64,000 bases of DNA from Octopus vulgaris (taxonomy: Eukaryota), in assembly GCA_951406725.2 (NCBI GenBank), contig OX597822.1, positions 70,742,001-70,806,000 on the forward strand. Reading direction: 5' to 3'. The notes beneath the pieces were generated by a model that was given only the letters and a program-made list of their open reading frames with translations, did not search any database and had not been told where the DNA came from. Position numbers and translations under genes: made by a program. Below are positions 13,873-25,569 of the stretch, one piece after another (the stretch's first letter is position 1; the number at the start of each line of letters is the position of its first letter).

Positions 13873-15930
13873 TTAAGAAAAAAATTCTCAGATAATTCCA
13901 AATTTTCTCTCTTGTTACTGCCCACAATTACTTCTGCTGTGACTTCATCCCTTGTGTATTTATTGCTCTGGGCCAGTCGTTTCGGGTTGCAATGAAAATC
14001 AGTGATTCAAGCAGCATCGAAGGGAACCAAAAAAAAAAAAAAAAATTTACTAAACTCTTATATTTGGCCAAATAATAAATGCTATTAGGAAGTAAAAGAT
14101 TTTAGATAACCAGTTATAGATGTTGTGTATAGAGAGGAAAGAGGAATTTCCCGAGCTGGATATCCAAGAAAATTGGTACTTGTTCAATGAAAGACTTAAT
14201 AGAGATTGGGCTTTAATCTTATTGTCCATTATAACAATGTATTTCAATGTAGCCCTGAAGATAACTAGAGAGCACAGCTGTCAAAATTTAATTCTATTCT
14301 GGGGAAAATAAAGACGTGAGGAATAAATGTATGAGTACCATTTTCTGTCAGTGAAGCCTCATTGTACCACTGTTGAACTGTTAATCATATTAAAGTAGTC
14401 TGACATTGCAGTTGTGCATATTTTGGATTTTGAACTTTTGGACATTATGTTACATGCGCTACCACCCCAACCTCTCTTTCTTGCCCTCTCTCTCTCTCTC
14501 TCTCTCTCACCCTCAAATAAACATGTGTTGCATATGTGCAGAGTACAGTCAAACACAACTGTTCAAACTGGATTATTAATTGGAATCTGGCAATGACGTG
14601 GAGCTTGCTGAACATGTCAACTGCTTGATCCATTCCAAATATGCTAGATGACACGAGAATGACGACAACGATGACGACGACCGCAGCCACCACCACCACC
14701 ATAATTCTCATCATTCTCATCATCCTCATCATCCTCACCCCATCGTACCACCTCCGTCCACTGTGCCGATGTTTGTTTCTTTCTTAATACTGCTAATTCT
14801 CGGAGAAATTTCCATAACCTATGAATTTACCTTGTCGCAATATCTCTCTCTCGGTAGTCGGTAGTCGGATTTCTTTTTGTGTTTTCTTTTCGGTCAGCTA
14901 TTTTTAACACTGCTCTTATCTATGCATGATTTCTTCCATTCAGAAATCCCCCCCCCACCACCACCACCATCAACTCCACCTTCAAAAATAAAAATAAAAA
15001 CACCAAAAAAAAAAGCAAAAAAAAACAAAAACAAAAAAAAACTCTGCTCTTCAGTTACACATCTATTACTTGATAGACATAGAACATGTCTTCTCTGTCA
15101 CATCGCAGGTTATAAGTTATCAAGGGCCAGAGTCTGTGTACAAAACAGAATACAAATTTTGGTTACTGATTAGATATGGTTTGCCTTTAGTGCATTCCTA
15201 TTAGCTTTTAGTCAGTGTTTCATAGTCTATTAATCTCATGTATGTGTGTGTGTGTGTGTGTGTGTGTGAGTATGCATGTGTATGCATGTGACTGTATGTG
15301 TGTATGTGAGTATGCATGTGTATACATGCAACTGTATGTGTGTGTATTCTTTTTACTGCCATAACTTTTATGGTAGACATCTGGGCTTTAATGTACTTAG
15401 TTTTATGACAAATGATTCTAGCTACTAAATTTTATGGCAAATGATGCAGTAGACAGTTCTCTCTCAGTCACCGTCTCTTTCACCCTCTCTCTTTCTACCC
15501 CCTCTCTCTACCCTATATACATGCACATACACGATAGAGAGATAGAGAGAATGTGTGGGGAGAGAATGTGTATTATTTTTAGAACTTCTTTTTTTTTTTT
15601 GTATATTTATTAATATGAATGGCAAGCATGAACCATTAGTGCATCCAGATGAGCATTCGGTTGAGAAAGGCAACTATAGGTGATGCATTACCTGTGCGGT
15701 TGGTATAAATCTAGTTGATTCAATTTTCAGCCTACGTCTAAATTTGTGTGTGTGTGTGTGTGTGCGTGCATTTATGCGGGGTTTTTTTTATATGTATGTG
15801 TGTGTGTGTGCATGTGTGTGTTATGTACTAATCACATTTATCTCTTTTACTCTCACTCTTTTCGAATTATAACCACTACTTTCCTTACTGGAGCACTGAA
15901 AAAATGCATGCATCCACACTTGGATGGATA

Positions 15931-15978
<48 letters not shown>

Positions 15979-16066
15979 GACAGATAGGTAAATGGACAGA
16001 TACATAAATGGGTAGATAGACAGACAGACAGATGGATGAATAGATAGATAGATAGATAGATGGGTT

Positions 16067-16111
<45 letters not shown>

Positions 16112-16809
16112 GTGAGTGGGCAGGTAAGACAGATAAGTTACCTGCAAAAATCCATCCACTTCTATATGGGTGAACATGTAAACCATTACTCTACATCTTA
16201 GCCATTTTATGAAACCTTCATATTTGAATGCATTTATATCCTGAAATACCTCACCTCCACCACCACCACCAATACCACAACCACTTCCTGTTTGTGGATG
16301 GGTATCACCAATCATTTTCAATGTAACCTTTAGCTTAAACAAGTTGCTTATGAATGGAACCCAACAACAATCCACCTTGATGTCATATCTAAAGGATATA
16401 ATGATATCAAGTCTGATATCAGCCTCTTCAACCAGCTACAAATAACAGTGTAATCACATTAGGTAATAATAGACTTAGATACACCATGTCTTTTGTAATA
16501 AATAGGAAGGTTACAGCTGGAACATCTTTGAGGCCTGCTGGATCAAGGTTGACTTGGGGTCATAAATCAACAACTTAGGATGTTTCATTCCAATAGTTAA
16601 GGGTTTTATATATACATAACTTTATACACACACACACACACACACACACACATACTCACGCACACATACTTGTTACAGTCATTGAATTACAGTCTTGAAG
16701 GGTTTAGGCTTTAGTCAAATAAATCAACCAAGCAAAAATGGGAATTTACCTAATAAATAAGCTTTTAGTTAAATCCAAAATGAGATTCAGGGGGACTATC
16801 TTTTCATTT

Positions 16810-17130
16810 TTCATTTGTTTCAGTGATAGGACTGTGACCATTCTGAGCACCAACTTGAAGGGTTTTATTCGAGCAAATTGACCCCAGTCTCTTTATTTAT
16901 TTTTTTTTTAAAGTCAGGTTCTTATTCTGTTGGTCTCTTTTGCGGAACCACTTAGTAGGGGGGGGGTATAAACAAACCAACACTAGTAGTCAAGTAGTGA
17001 TGGTGGTGGTGGGGGGGGGTTCAATGCGGTTTCCATCTCTCAAATTCACTCACAAGGCTTTGGTTGGCCTGGGGCTATAGCAAAAGACGCCCTAAGTTCC
17101 TCATTGTTGCAAAGTTAGCTTCCATGCCCC
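16810..17130 (-). mobile_element. SINE family A (diverged)
   Basis: Reverse complement of the family A tail and head. Confidence 0.65.
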
Positions 17131-17385
17131 ACCCCGCCAACATATAAAATAGCTGTTTGCGCCTTCATGTTTGGTTTATATGTAAAGATTTGCATTGTTT
17201 GATTTCTCTTTCATCTGTCACAGCTTTTTCTTTTCTGGTTCTTGATGTGTGTGTGTGTGTGTGTGTGTGTGTGTTGGGGATGGTGCAAACTTTAAATTTC
17301 TCCAATTAGCAGTGGGAACTTTCAGTTGTTCTCTCCCTACCACCACCCCTTCTCTCTCTCCCTCTCTCCTTCTGTCTGTCTATCT

Positions 17386-17422
<37 letters not shown>

Positions 17423-18250
17423 GAAATGAAGATTATTGTTACAGGCATATTGCAGTGATATCGGTATGTGGTAAAGGTCTGGCGTTGGTTGTACTTGAGC
17501 CTATTAAAGACAATGTCGAAACAGTGTAATCACTGTTTTAAGTGTATGACCCAACTGCTGTTACATGTTGAGTGAACCATTAGTCTGGGGGTGAGGTGGA
17601 GTGGGGCGGGGGGGGGGGGTTCTGAAGAGCTGCAGTGTGGGAGCAAGAATGGAGGTACTTGCTTGCCAGGTTAGTTTATTAGTTTATCGAGTTAGTGTTT
17701 GTTTTTTTGTTCTTCTTTCCTTCGTTTATTTTCACTTAAAGGAACTCTTTTACTCTCATACTTGAACTTTAAACCTTCAGGACACTTTAGCAATAAAGAT
17801 GCTTCAATTAAAAGAAAATCTGACTCATTATCTCAGAGTGAGTGGTTGGTGGGGATGTGGGGGTGAGTGGAGAAGAAGGTTGGTAGTGGGGTGGTCTGCA
17901 GGGCTGTTTCTCAGTGCTTTGATTCCATGAGAATTTGACATGCCTTTGACATCTCTGTGAGAGAGAGATCATCCTCCTATCTGCTGCGAAGGAATGTTAA
18001 CAGTACTGACATGCAGCTTTTTGTTTTTTCATTTTGTTGGGGTTCTTTTTCTTCCTTTTTATTTTGTTATTATTCTTTGGTGACTTCACAGTTCTCTTAT
18101 TTTCCACTGATTTCACATGTGTGTGTGTGTGTGTCTTTATATTTGTCCCACATCACCACTTGACAACCCTAATAGCATAAGTACAGGCTTAAAACTTCCC
18201 CTGGGGTCAATTCATTCCGCTAAATTTCTTCAAGGCAGTACTCCAGCATT

Positions 18251-18662
18251 GGCGCAGGAGTGGCTGTGTGGTAAGTAGCTTGCTTACCAACCACACGGTT
18301 CCAGGTTCAGTCCCACTGCATGGCACCTTGGGCAAGTGTCTTTTGCTATAGCCTCGGGCCGACCAATGCCTTATGAGTGGATTTGGTAGATGGAAACTGA
18401 AAGAAGCCCGTCATATATATGTATACATATGTATATTTATGTGTTTTTATATGTTTATGTGTCTGTGTTTGTCTCCCCAACATTGCTTGACAACTGACGC
18501 TGGTGTGTTTACGTCCCCGTAACCTAGTGGTTCAGCAAAAGAGAATGATAGAATAAGTACTAGACTTACAAAGAATAAGTCCTGGCATTGATTTGCTCAA
18601 CTAAAGGCGATGCTCCAGCACGGCCACAGTCAAATGACTGAAACAAGTAAAAGAGTAAAGAG
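18251..18662 (+). mobile_element. tRNA-derived SINE family A, full length
   Basis: Head ggcgcaggagtggctgtgtggtaag...ggttcagtccc, internal microsatellite, tail gactgaaacaagtaaaagag; many homologues in the window. Confidence 0.9.
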
Positions 18663-19076
18663 AAAGTATGACCTCAGCCTAATGACTGAGAAAAGCAAAA
18701 ACAAAAAACAAACAAAAAAAAATAAAGCAAAAAGCAGCACAGATGTGGCTGAGTGGTTAAGAAGTTCACCTTGCAACTACTTGATTCCAAGTTCAGTCCC
18801 ATTGCACAGCTCTTTGTGGAAGTGTTTTCTCCTATAGCCTGGAGTTGACCAAGTGAATTCGGTAGATTGAAACTGTAGGAAGCCCTGTATGTGTGTGCAT
18901 ATGAGTGTGAAGGTTGACATCCCATGATTTTGCTCGAGCAAAGTGGTATAATGATGTTTACATCATTCATTATTCCTTCTGAACATCATGACTGATACAG
19001 TTCTATATTTAAGAGATGAGGAATTATGTACTGTATTTACATTCAACGGATATTTGTCCTCATCTTGTTTAGTGTT

Positions 19077-19122
19077 AACACAACGTTTCAGCTGATATAC
19101 CCTCCAGCCTTCATCAGGTGTC
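19077..19122 (-). ncRNA. Minimal type-I hammerhead ribozyme motif (Penelope/retrozyme type)
   Basis: Minus strand reads GACAC-CUGAUGA-A-GGCUG-gaggguauau-CAGCU-GAA-ACGU-U-GUGUU: intact core, 5-bp stem II, palindromic ACGU in place of stem III, GUU cleavage triplet, stem I GACAC/GUGUU. Confidence 0.75.
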
Positions 19123-19169
19123 TTGGGGAAATTTCGAACCTGGGTTCTCATTCCTAAGGTATTTTTCAA

Positions 19170-19206
<37 letters not shown>

Positions 19207-19225
19207 CACTACACCATATACTCAC

Positions 19226-19298
19226 GGGCATATGGCGTAGTGGTTAAGAGTGCGGGCTACTAACCCCAAGATTCCGAGTTCGATTCCAAGCAGTGACC
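19226..19298 (+). promoter_or_regulatory. tRNA-derived SINE-type head with Pol III A and B boxes
   Basis: A box TGGCGTAGTGG (19233-19243), B box GAGTTCGATTCC (19276-19287), anticodon-arm-like gcggg-ctactaa-cccca. The acceptor stem pairs poorly, so this is not a functional tRNA. Confidence 0.75.
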
Positions 19299-19381
19299 TG
19301 AAAACTAACAATAATAATAATAATGATAATAACATCAAAAAATACCTTAGGAATGAGAACCCAGGTTCAAAATTTCCCCAA

Positions 19382-19427
19382 GACACTTGAAGAAGGCTGG
19401 AGGGTATATCAACCGAAACGTTGTGTT
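19382..19427 (+). ncRNA. Second, mutated copy of the same hammerhead motif
   Basis: GACAC-UUGAAGA-A-GGCUG-gaggguauau-CAACC-GAA-ACGU-U-GUGUU; C3>U and one stem II mismatch. Confidence 0.6.
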
Positions 19428-19633
19428 AACAGCAAAGAAGATGAGGACAAATATCCATCGAATGTAAATAATATATCATGACTGATGTCTCTACCCATTT
19501 GAAGACCTATGGAGTGAAAAGAAAAAAAAATTCCTTACTTATAAAACAGGTAAGAGTTGACGACAAGATGACTAGGGGAAAAAAAGTCATGCTAAGTTGA
19601 TGTTAAATGGATTTTAAACGAATGAGTGAATGA

Positions 19634-19703
19634 TGAACCATAGACTGTACACTACGGTGAACCATAGACTGTACACTACGGTGAACCATAGACTGTACAC
19701 TAC
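19634..19703. repeat. 24-bp tandem repeat x ~2.9
   Basis: tgaaccatagactgtacactacgg repeated perfectly. Confidence 0.95.
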
Positions 19704-19904
19704 AATTTTACTATTTTTAACATGCTGTGAACCAATTGAACTAATTCTAATCAGTTGTCATACTACAAATGCATTTGGGAAAACTTCACACTATACACTG
19801 ATGGCCAAAAGTTTGGAACATTTCTTTAAAAATTAAAATTGCTATGCCCAAGTACAATTCAGTTTAAATATATATACTCTTTTGCTCTTTTATTTGTTTC
19901 AGTC

Positions 19905-20254
19905 ATTATATATATATATATATTTATTTATATATAGATATATTTATTTATATATAGATATATTTATTATATATATAGATATATATATATATATATTTAT
20001 TTTATTTATATATAGATATATATATATATATATATTTATTTATTTATATATAGATATATATATATATTTATTTATTTATATATAGATATATATATATATA
20101 TATATTTTTATTTATTTATATATAGATATATATATATATATATTTATTTATTTATATATAGATATATATATATTTATTTATTTATTTATTTATATATAGA
20201 TATATATATTTATTTATATATAGATATACATATATTTATTTATTTATATACATA

Positions 20255-20300
<46 letters not shown>
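19905..20300. repeat. Compound (TA)n/(TTTA)n/TAGA microsatellite-derived array
   Basis: Repeating tatttatttatatatagatata units. Confidence 0.9.
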
Positions 20301-20303
<3 letters not shown>

Positions 20304-21455
20304 ATGTGTGTACTTGTGTGTCTGTCACTGTCCTTCCACTATCGCTTGACACCGTTGTTGATTTTATTTTTGATCTTCAATATACTGATGAATAAGTACT
20401 ATTTCCTCCATCTGGCTGCTTTTCTCTTTACAAAATGGAAAGTTACATATATCTATGACCAGACTTCAACTTTAGTGATTTTATATGTGTGTATATATAT
20501 ATATATATATACATGTATCTATGTATGTCTGTATGTATGTATGTATGTATCTGTGCGTGCGTCTTTGTGTTTGTCACCCGATCACTGCTTCACAACCAGT
20601 GTTGATGTGCTTATGTACCCGTAACATAGTGGTTCATCAAAAGAGATGAATAGAATAATTACTGGGGTCAATTTGTTTGACTAAAACTCTTCAAGGCAGT
20701 ACTCCAGCATGGCCACAGTCTAATGACTGGAACAAATAAATGATAAAAGATCACACACACATACACACACACGATTGGCTTCTTTCAGTTTCCATCTTTC
20801 AATCATTCTACTAAGAAGGCTATGGGGATTGAACTCAAGACGACATGGTTGGGAACCAAGCTTCTTAACTACTGTACATCACAATGCACCATGTGCAAAT
20901 AAATGTAAATTCCATTGCTAAGTGGTTCACTCCTGGGTATTCAATCAACTCCCTACGTATACCTTTGCTCTATTTGATCCGAGCTGATGGGCATGGAAGG
21001 AGAGAAGGAAGTTAAAACAAAATAAAATTACATCACCAACTATTTGGGGACAGCAAAATGAAAAATCAGGGATTTCATCCAATTGCTGTATAAACCTTAA
21101 AGATCTTTTGCCCAGCTGAAATGATTTGTTATTTTATTGTGATTCAGCCACAGACCTTCCACCAGTTCCAAGGAATGTCATTTCCCCACTCCCCCCCAAC
21201 CCTCTGCTCCCAGACAGCCCCACCCCATGCACCAACATCACATCCATTATCATCATATCAGTCTGTCATCAACTTCCCTTCTCCTGCCCCCACCTGTCAA
21301 CACCTACTCCCTCCTCACGCACCTGCCCCCCCCTACCTCATTCCACCATTTGCTCTTAACTGTTGAGCAAGTCTTTTACTATTGTTTACAGTTTTCAATT
21401 TCCTCCCTAGTTAATGTAGGGGTATGGAGCGGGGGTGTAACCCTTTCCTGCTCTC

Positions 21456-21490
<35 letters not shown>

Positions 21491-21680
21491 CTGCAAATAT
21501 CTTTTTGTTCTTTTTGTGTGCTTTATTTATGTGTGTGTGTGTGTGTGTGTGTATGTGTAGTTTTGTGCGTGTGTGTGTGTGAAGTTTTGTAAATGCGTCT
21601 TTGTGATAATGTGTATGTATGTGCACATGTGCATAAATGCATGTGTGTGTTTTTCTGTATATTCTGTTTGTCTTCAGCGT

Positions 21681-21713
<33 letters not shown>

Positions 21714-22527
21714 CAGTGTATGTATTCATACAGGCAAGTGTGTGTATTGTATTCTCCCGTGTCTGTATATACCATTGGGTATGTATGTATGTGTGTGTGT
21801 ATGTATGTGTGTGTATTACATTAAGGTGCATGACTCAATTTCTAATTGTTACTTTTCAATCATTCTGCACTCCGTCCCAGCCCCAGGAACCCACCACCAC
21901 TAACCCTCTATCTCTGAATTCCATGCTGTCCTCGACTGGAGTCTCCTCCCCAAGCTGAACAATTGATAAATTAATTTTGGAGGTGGTAGGAATTAAATTT
22001 GGAAGTAGCAGAGGGAGAATTCTCTATAGCTCAGTAATCTGTGTGCGTCTGCATGCTTGTGTACACACATGTGCGTGCACGCACACACACACACAGTTTT
22101 TTTTTTTTAAATTTGTAACCAGCTTCTAATGAAACTCAAATTAGTCGATAAAGGAAAATGGTTGAGGAATTGCTGATGTCAAATTGATAACAGCAGTCTT
22201 GAAGATGCTGGTGGTGATAGTGGTAATAATGATGTTGATATTGATGATAGTGATGATGATGATGATTGCAGTAATGATGGTGATGATTGTTGCTATTGTC
22301 CCATGCATTTAGCCCCAGGCCATCTATAACGAGTTTGAGTAGATTTGTGATGCAAAGAATTCCAGCTGAGACCTTACTGTGTTTTCTGTTATTCTTTTCC
22401 ATCTCCTACTAAATTGGCCAATGTGTCTCTCTTTTCTTAAGACGATAAAGTGCAGTTTTGTGGTAATACAGATGCAAAACTACACACATACATGTGCGTA
22501 AGTTTGTGTGTTTATATATATATATAT

Positions 22528-22577
<50 letters not shown>

Positions 22578-22578
<1 letters not shown>

Positions 22579-22979
22579 GGTGTGGTTGTGTGGTAAGATG
22601 CATGCTTCCCAACCACATGGTTCTGGGTTCAGTCCCACTGCATGGTACCTTGGGCAAGTGTCTTTTATTATAGCCTCAGGCCAACCAAAGCCTTGTTAGT
22701 GGATTTGGTAGATGGAAACTGAAAAGAAGCCCATCATATGTGTGTGTGTATGTTTGTGTGTGTATATTTGTGTTTCTTCCCCTACTCCACCCCACCACTT
22801 GATGACTAGTGCTAGTGTGTTTATGTCCCGGTGACTTAGCAGTTCAGCAAAAGAGAGTGATAGAATAAGTACCAGACTCAAAGAACAGAGAAAAGAAATG
22901 ACCCCCCCCAAAAAAAAAAAAATTCTTCAGGGCAGTGCCCCCAAAATGGCCAGAGTCCAGTGACTGAAACAAGTAAAAA
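22578..22979 (+). mobile_element. SINE family A
   Basis: Homologous to 18251-18662. Confidence 0.85.
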
Positions 22980-23137
22980 ATTTGTGTGAGCGTGTGTAAT
23001 TGGCTGTGCGTTTTCTATCTACTAAATTTTACAACCATAGGCTCAAGTTGACCAGCTTGAGCTTATGTTAGAAGAAATGTGTGCAAGTGGATCAAATCTT
23101 TAGTTTTAAGGATGTCTATTCAATGATTGTGTTTTTA

Positions 23138-23460
23138 AGAAGCTTGCTTTGCTACCATGTGGTTTCTGGTTCAATCTCACTACATGGCACTTTGTACTGA
23201 CCAATGCCTTGGGAGTGAATTTGATTGACAGAAACTGTGTGGAAGCCTAGTGTATGTGTGTGGGTATGTTTGTTCCCATCCTACCACTTGACAACCAATG
23301 CTGGTTTGTTTATGTCCCCATAGCTTAGCAGTTTGGCAAAAGAGACTGGTAGATGTGCCAGACCTGAAGAATAAAAAGTACTGGGTCGATTTGGTCAATT
23401 GGACCTTTCAAACCAGTGCTCTAGCATGGCTGCAGTCATGTGACTGGAAAGAAAAACAAA
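23138..23460 (+). mobile_element. SINE family A (diverged, 5'-eroded)
   Basis: Homology across both head and tail. Confidence 0.7.
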
Positions 23461-24487
23461 AAGAAACAAAAATAAAAAGTTTTCTGAAGTGGGATCCAGC
23501 TTGGGCCATCATGTTTGTAAAGTCAACTCCTGAATCGTTTGGCCACATCTGGACACCATACACACAACACACACACACACACACTCTATGCATTCATGTA
23601 CACATTTACATGTATATGTTAGCCTTGCGTTTATCAATCTCTTTCTGACTCTGGAAAAAGAAAAAAGAAAAAAAAGAAATTCGTCCCTCTCTGGTTCAAT
23701 ATTGGCTCTTCAATATATTTTTGGTTTCCGCAAGAGGGCATCAAATACTGTTTAATTCTACACCCATTGATAGGGAGTATGATTGATTCTAGCTGAATGT
23801 GTTTGTTTATGAATGAGATGTTTTGTGCTTTGTAGATTTATTTTTCTTCAGGTGGTTATTTTGTATTTGGAAGGGCTTTTAAATGTGAATAGGTGATGGG
23901 TTCTTCACTGCAAGAGATCTTCTGGTTTTTGTGGAGTTTTCTGTATGTAAATATATGTGCCTGGCAGGAAGTGTTGACATTTTGAGATTGAAAAGACTTA
24001 TATGTAAAAAGTAGATGATGAGTTCGTCAGTAAAAGCTACATGCCTGTGTGCGTATATAATGGGATTTTTTCTTACACATTCATTATCTACTTTATATAT
24101 ATATGTGTGTGTATATACACACACACACACACATATGTAGATGTGTGTATATATATATTTATATGTAGTTATGTGTGTATGTATATATGTGTGTGTGTGT
24201 ATGTATGTATATCATGTGTGTATATATGTATTTATCCACATGTTACATATATGTAGCCATGTGTGTATTCATATATGTAGGTATGCATAATTATATATAT
24301 ATATATATATGGATTGTTATATATGTGAATAGATGATTATGTGTATGCATTTAGATGTGTGTGTATCTGTGTACATTTAGATGTATGTTTGTGTGTGTGT
24401 GTGTGCATGTGTGTACACACACATGTAAGCATGGAAAAGTAGACATTAAATGATGGCAGATATACATACACACACATATATATATAC

Positions 24488-24530
<43 letters not shown>

Positions 24531-25171
24531 TAGACAAAAGTGTGTTATACACATGCATGTATTTATGCGTGGATACATAATATCTGTATGTGTGTGATAT
24601 ATATATAAGTATATGTAATTATATTTGTGTGTGTGTATATATATATCTGCATGTATGTCTACAAGATATGCACACACATAAACGAACATTGAACTTATTT
24701 CATTTGGTTCTATGGTATTCCATTCACTATTTTCACACACACACGGTGTGTGTGTAGTTTTGGTTCCAGTTGACTAGATAAATTGGATACACACATGCAC
24801 ACACACACATGTAATACAAATTATTAAATTTCCTTTTGTCTCTTCGCATTTCTCTAATTCTAATTGTATGCAGCGTACACTAATACTCTGTAAATGTTGT
24901 AATAATAAAAACTTGAAAGACAGAAAATGAAACAAAAGAGCAAATAACAATGAAATGAAACAAACACTGAACGTTAGGAAATAGTCTAGACACAGTGAAA
25001 CTGTTAAGCTGAAGGTGAAAGAAAAAGGCTGGAAAAAATGATAATAATAATGTTCTTAATTATAAATACTAAATTATGAATAATAAAACTACACGCATAC
25101 ATCATAAAATTATTATGTTTTCTCTAATTATGTTTCAGTCCTACTTATAAACCTACTTCCATTTCACTCAC

Positions 25172-25228
<57 letters not shown>

Positions 25229-25523
25229 CTATCTCTCATTCTTGCTTGCTTGCTCTTTCTTCTCAACCTTTCTCTCTGTCTATCTCTACTACTTCTTAAC
25301 CTACTACCTCTCTCTCTCTCCCCTTCTCTCTCTCTCTCCTTCTCTCTCTCTCTCTCTCTCTTGCATAAATCATTTGGCAAAAGATCAATGAGAAATGAAA
25401 TATTTATTTTCTATTTTAATGTGTCATCCGTCCATCCTTTTCTAAAATTCTAGTTAGTTTTAATATTGTAATCTTTGGGTTTTTTAATGGTTATTATTGT
25501 TGCTGTTGATGCCATTTTCATTG

Positions 25524-25569
<46 letters not shown>

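Larger units (their letters stand above)
18997..19474. mobile_element. Head-to-head palindromic retroelement: tRNA-like head + (AAT)n + hammerhead-bearing body, 12-bp TSD
   Basis: TSD atcatgactgat at 18985-18996 and 19475-19486. Arms ~19035-19180 and ~19328-19470 are reverse complements. Central hairpin ttaaccactacaccatat / atatggcgtagtggttaa. Confidence 0.85.

Noticed and set aside
16690-16704. 15-nt complement (cagtcttgaagggtt) to exon 7872-7972 as an editing-complementary sequence
   Set aside because: Short, 8.7 kb away, and cttgaagggttt resembles SINE tail sequence, so chance is likely.
19226-19298. Functional tRNA gene (ACT in the anticodon position)
   Set aside because: The acceptor and T stems pair poorly and it is embedded in a TSD-flanked repeat; treated as a SINE-type head.
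19634-19703. CRISPR-like repeat
   Set aside because: Direct tandem 24-mers with no spacers, in eukaryotic DNA.
19794-19822. Tc1-like terminus tacactgatggccaaaagtttgg
   Set aside because: No partner TIR or internal sequence found; too short to call an element.
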